Shown here one piece after another: positions 60,141-64,000 of a stretch of DNA of 64,000 nt. Position 1 is the stretch's first letter. Each line of letters begins with the position of its first letter. Position numbers and translations under genes: made by a program. The stretch covers positions 32,001 to 96,000 of IMG/VR virus record IMGVR_UViG_3300035181_002074, one strand, 5' to 3'. The notes under the pieces are model-generated. The model was not told where the DNA came from. It worked only from the letters and a program-made list of their open reading frames with translations, and ran no database searches. Source of the stretch: a virus.

Positions 60141-62087
60141 ATGAATGACATTAGTACCCCCATTAATAAAACGCTGGCTGATGCATTTCTGGTGGAAATA
60201 CAGAGCCCAAGGCACATGAGAGACTGGATTGAAACCTATATAGGTATTCGATTCCCTGATACATATATAGACCCAGCCTCAAATAGTTCTCCGATTGAGG
60301 CTATGTATCGTGCATATGCCGATTATCGAGATGACAAGTGCTTGCAAACGCCCGGTTACATCTGGATGTCTGGCCGCGATTTGGGAAAAACGCTATGTGG
60401 ATCAATTTTGAATGTCCTATTAATGGTACATTTTAAAGCCAGTATTGCCCATTTTGCGGCAATCAAGCCACAATCGGAAAAATGTTTGCAATATGTAAGT
60501 GGATTTATTCGTAAAATTACCCCATATTTGGAATATCATGGTAGAAGCGTCATTGGGTCTGCAAAATCAAAAATTCAGATTGAAAATGAAGATAAAACCG
60601 TCAGCTATATAACCGTGATCGTAGCTAACATGGCGGGTGGTAATTCCGAACATTGTCCTGTTGTCTCATTTGATGAATTAGAAGTATTATCGGCAGAAGG
60701 ACTAAAAGGTTACAAAGAAGCAAAACTGATTGCTACGCGGTTTAAAAATAAAGGCCCGCTAGTAATCAAATATTCAACCCGTAAATTTGCGGGTGGTATT
60801 TTTGAAAAAGAGATCCAAAACGCCAAAAACACCGGTGAGATTGTTTTGAGTTGGAATATTGTGGATATGACAGAGAAATGCTTACCAGAGAGGTATAAAC
60901 CCGACCAGCCTAAAATTAAACGATATATTGCCAAAGAATTACCCCTACGTCAAATTACGCCAGATGAATTTGCTATGTTATCAGATAAGGATAGGCTCGA
61001 TTACGATGCTATTGATGCTTATGCTGGCTGCGTGACTTGTCCTTTGTTACCTGTTTGCCGTACAAGGCTTGCGGATCGCCCCGTGGAAGATACAGGTGGG
61101 TTTTTTAAGTCAATTGACCACACTATCCGTCAATTCAAAATTACCGATGCGGAAACCGCCATGGCACAACTTCTATGCTGGAAGCCATCTACTCAAGGAA
61201 TGGTATACCCTAGATTTTTACCGAAGGATGACGGCACGGGGAACACTTTAACAATGAAGCAGGCATGGGAAAGCTTTACAGGAACAGATGCACCCAGAAA
61301 TCTGTCTTTACCTAATTTGATTAAAAAGATGCTGGACAGTGGCGTCAGATTTCATTGTGGTCTTGACTGGGGATATAGAAACTGTTACAGTATCGTCGTT
61401 GGAGCGAAACTAGCAAATGGGGAAATGTGGCTATTAGATACCTATGCGATTAGCGGATTGGAATGGGATGCTCAGCTTGCTTTAGCTAAGCAAGTGAGAG
61501 ATATATATAAACCTGCAAAATGGTTTTGCGATACCGCATATCCGGGTAGTATAAAAACTTTTTCTAAAAATGGAATGCCATGCGGTAAATTCACAAAAGA
61601 TATTTCAGCGGGGATTAACGCCGTCAGAACTCAAATTGTAGATGCTTCGGATCGTCGAAAACTAAAGGTTGTTATCCATGAGCGGAACAATCTTATGCTA
61701 AAAATGTTTGCTGAGAACTGTTTTAAGATGGACGCGCTAGGGAATATCATTTTTGAGGAACGGGAAACTGATGTAGTGGATATCGGAGATGCCACTCGCT
61801 ATCTATTTCAGAACCTTTTTGCCCCAAAACGTGAAGGCATGAAGCATAATATCGATACTAATATTTACGCTTCGATGGATACATCCACAGAAACCTTTGA
61901 AAGTTGGCAAGAGCAGAAACTTAAGGCAGCCAGACAAGAAGATCAACTACAGGATTCCAAAGGGTTATCGCATGATGGTAACCTGTTTTGGGATTTTGGC
62001 GGACTAGACAAAACTGACGATGATCTGAGTGATCGGCCTAATATTATAGAGGAAGCCGAAGAAATCGAAAAGCTTAAAGGACAATAA
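60141..62087 (+). CDS. terL: terminase large subunit
   Basis: GRDLGKT Walker A, FDE Walker B, GLDWG nuclease motif, D..DATRY. Confidence 0.88.
   Translation: MNDISTPINKTLADAFLVEIQSPRHMRDWIETYIGIRFPDTYIDPASNSSPIEAMYRAYADYRDDKCLQTPGYIWMSGRDLGKTLCGSILNVLLMVHFKASIAHFAAIKPQSEKCLQYVSGFIRKITPYLEYHGRSVIGSAKSKIQIENEDKTVSYITVIVANMAGGNSEHCPVVSFDELEVLSAEGLKGYKEAKLIATRFKNKGPLVIKYSTRKFAGGIFEKEIQNAKNTGEIVLSWNIVDMTEKCLPERYKPDQPKIKRYIAKELPLRQITPDEFAMLSDKDRLDYDAIDAYAGCVTCPLLPVCRTRLADRPVEDTGGFFKSIDHTIRQFKITDAETAMAQLLCWKPSTQGMVYPRFLPKDDGTGNTLTMKQAWESFTGTDAPRNLSLPNLIKKMLDSGVRFHCGLDWGYRNCYSIVVGAKLANGEMWLLDTYAISGLEWDAQLALAKQVRDIYKPAKWFCDTAYPGSIKTFSKNGMPCGKFTKDISAGINAVRTQIVDASDRRKLKVVIHERNNLMLKMFAENCFKMDALGNIIFEERETDVVDIGDATRYLFQNLFAPKREGMKHNIDTNIYASMDTSTETFESWQEQKLKAARQEDQLQDSKGLSHDGNLFWDFGGLDKTDDDLSDRPNIIEEAEEIEKLKGQ
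62037..62045 (+). promoter_or_regulatory. putative late promoter CCTAATATT
   Basis: In the TerL tail, 45 nt upstream of the next gene. Confidence 0.55.
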
Positions 62088-62090
62088 CCA

Positions 62091-63056
62091 TTGAAAAAGC
62101 AAGTACTTAATATAATAACTCAAATTTTAGCATATGACGGAGCCAATGGGGTTTCGGATCAACCTTTAATGAAAGCTTTCGACTGGACACGGAGAATGTC
62201 ATCTTTGCCATTGACCAATGCTCAATCCGATTCTTTCGTTTTGGCTGCAGGCGAAAGCAGAGCTTTGTTTAGCGGTGCAAAAGCTAATCCCCTTGATAAT
62301 ACCTCAGTTCTATCTATTACTCCATTAAGTCAAGGTAATTATAGACTTTCTGTGACTGCCGGTACTTCTGGATTCAGAACTCCAAGAACCGTAAACGTAA
62401 CGACTTGCCAAGTTACCGTTAATAATAATGCATTGGCGGTATTTGATTTTGGAGCTGGTACGGTTACTGGTGTGATCGCCGGTGATACTATGCGAATCAA
62501 TAGCCAGATCATGGGAGACACTGGCCCATTTACGTTTAACCCGTTAAATGCGGGACTATGGACGGTAGTTGGTACAAATGGCACCAAAATTTCATGCACT
62601 CGTCCAATTGGCTCTGGATTTCAAGGCTCTAATGAAACCATAAGCGCCGTTAATAATAATGTTCAAATTTACTCATCTTCCGGCATCACTAAAAGTGATA
62701 AAATGAAAATTACTGGTGGATTTAGTACTGTTTCACAAAAAACATTTGAAATCAAAGAAGTAACCCCAACAACAATAGATTTTATTTCAACTGCTGCCCT
62801 GCCATCCGAATCTTTGATATCTAACACTACAAATATGATTCAGTTTTTTTCAACCTCCAAACGTTATTTTTATTTAGAATGCGATCAGGAAACTGTGGTA
62901 TTATTAAATGGTACGGATAGCACTAAAGTTGTTCCAGTTCAGGCTGGAAATTCTTTATTGCCGGGTTTTTTACATCAAACAGGAGATATTTACTCGTGTT
63001 CTGTGACGAATCAGTCCATTAACACTTTGAATATTAGAATATTCACTGGGGAATAA
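62091..63056 (+). CDS. probable virion structural protein
   Basis: Beta-rich, T/S/G/N-rich; AAGGA RBS with TTG start. Confidence 0.6.
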   Translation: MKKQVLNIITQILAYDGANGVSDQPLMKAFDWTRRMSSLPLTNAQSDSFVLAAGESRALFSGAKANPLDNTSVLSITPLSQGNYRLSVTAGTSGFRTPRTVNVTTCQVTVNNNALAVFDFGAGTVTGVIAGDTMRINSQIMGDTGPFTFNPLNAGLWTVVGTNGTKISCTRPIGSGFQGSNETISAVNNNVQIYSSSGITKSDKMKITGGFSTVSQKTFEIKEVTPTTIDFISTAALPSESLISNTTNMIQFFSTSKRYFYLECDQETVVLLNGTDSTKVVPVQAGNSLLPGFLHQTGDIYSCSVTNQSINTLNIRIFTGE

Positions 63057-63254
63057 ATGAAAAAGCTGTCTAAATTACTGGATGAAACATTTACAACCTT
63101 GGATCAAACCTCTGATTTAGAGAATACCACGGTTTTAAATAAAATGCAAGCCGTAATTTTGGAAGCTAAAGGGTACGATGGAATTGCTTCATCAGAAACC
63201 TTTAAAGAGTTTAAAAGTTTATTCAAAGCCCTTCAGAAAAGGTCGGAGAGATAA
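63057..63254 (+). CDS. small hypothetical protein
   Basis: Coupled ORF. Confidence 0.55.
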   Translation: MKKLSKLLDETFTTLDQTSDLENTTVLNKMQAVILEAKGYDGIASSETFKEFKSLFKALQKRSER

Positions 63255-64000
63255 TGTCAGATAATAATAATACGCCTAGTTTGCCGAAATCAAGTGAGAG
63301 ACAGGTTTATACTGTTGATCATGAAGGCAAAGATTTGCAAAAAGTTGATACCACAGCCGTTGCTAAAGTTGAAGGTGAAGATTATCTTGGCCAAATTTTA
63401 AAATCCCTAAAAGATCAGCAAGTAGCACAGCGAGTTGCTTTCGAAGTTGATCCAAGTAATGTCCAAGGCGTTTCTTCTTACGGAGCCCTTTATGTACAAA
63501 AAACTAAACTTACGCCTGATTGGGTTATTAAAGCCTTAACCGGCCCTGGCGGAGATGAATTATTAAATCAAATTCTTCAAGCACGATCAAATGTAATCGC
63601 TTCTTTTGGTAGACCGAAATCAGATCGATTTTCAGTTGGTTTTGAGTTTTTACCAATTAACAAGTCCACTGAAATTGACAAGGATGCGGATAAAGCTGCA
63701 GCAGTAAAAGATCTCATCGAGAAAGCCAAAGAGATTTTCTGGAACTGTGGATATGCTGGATTAAAAGAAGACCAAACTACCAATCTTTCTCAGTTTTTAA
63801 AGATGATTGTTCGCGATGGTTTACGTTTTGGACGTTGCGCTATCGAAGTGATTCATGCTGTTGACCCAACCTCGGAAAGTGGCGAAAAAGTACATTCTTT
63901 CCGTCCAGTAGACTCTGGAACTATTTATAGAATTAAACCTAAGTCTGAAACAGACCAGTCTGTCCGTAATTCGGCAATCAAACTGTTACAAGAATTAAAA
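63254..64000 (+). CDS. portal protein (5' part)
   Basis: Manual translation: FLKMIVRDGLRFG...E+...FRPVDSGTI; downstream of TerL. Confidence 0.75.
   Translation, partial: MSDNNNTPSLPKSSERQVYTVDHEGKDLQKVDTTAVAKVEGEDYLGQILKSLKDQQVAQRVAFEVDPSNVQGVSSYGALYVQKTKLTPDWVIKALTGPGGDELLNQILQARSNVIASFGRPKSDRFSVGFEFLPINKSTEIDKDADKAAAVKDLIEKAKEIFWNCGYAGLKEDQTTNLSQFLKMIVRDGLRFGRCAIEVIHAVDPTSESGEKVHSFRPVDSGTIYRIKPKSETDQSVRNSAIKLLQELK

Noticed and set aside
38410-62087. Inteins or introns in DnaE, RNR, helicase or TerL
   Set aside because: Lengths are normal, no intein splice motifs are apparent, and the ORFs are uninterrupted.
1-64000. tRNA or rRNA genes
   Set aside because: Almost no intergenic space and no cloverleaf or T-loop signature seen by eye; tRNAscan was not run.

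Overview
This is a 64-kb segment of a large, AT-rich tailed dsDNA phage (Caudoviricetes) using the standard genetic code. No tRNA, rRNA or CRISPR array was found. Layout: (1) 1-3.4 kb, minus strand: a translationally coupled array of at least 17 paralogous 44-64 aa microproteins, mostly missed by the ORF track. (2) 3.45-18.3 kb, plus strand: late fibre/adhesin genes with an HNH endonuclease. (3) 18.3-55.1 kb, minus strand: accessory and replication genes (three exported proteases, Coq7-like diiron protein, dUTPase, GGQ hydrolase, Csp, DnaB, primase, RecA, SSB, DnaE, class II RNR, RuvC-like, SbcC, GroEL, wHTH initiator), with a plus-strand lysozyme island. (4) About 55.2 kb: a candidate origin at the strand switch. 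(5) 55.3-64 kb, plus strand: SF2 helicase, sigma factor, GroES, SbcD, terminase and portal (partial). The best leads are the microprotein family, a textbook -1 frameshift signal at 49.64-49.69 kb in a non-tail gene, and a CCTAATATT late-promoter motif. That motif pairs with a sigma factor lacking region 4.2 and a stand-alone sigma-4-like gene. All calls come from manual reading and motif recognition; no database searches were run.
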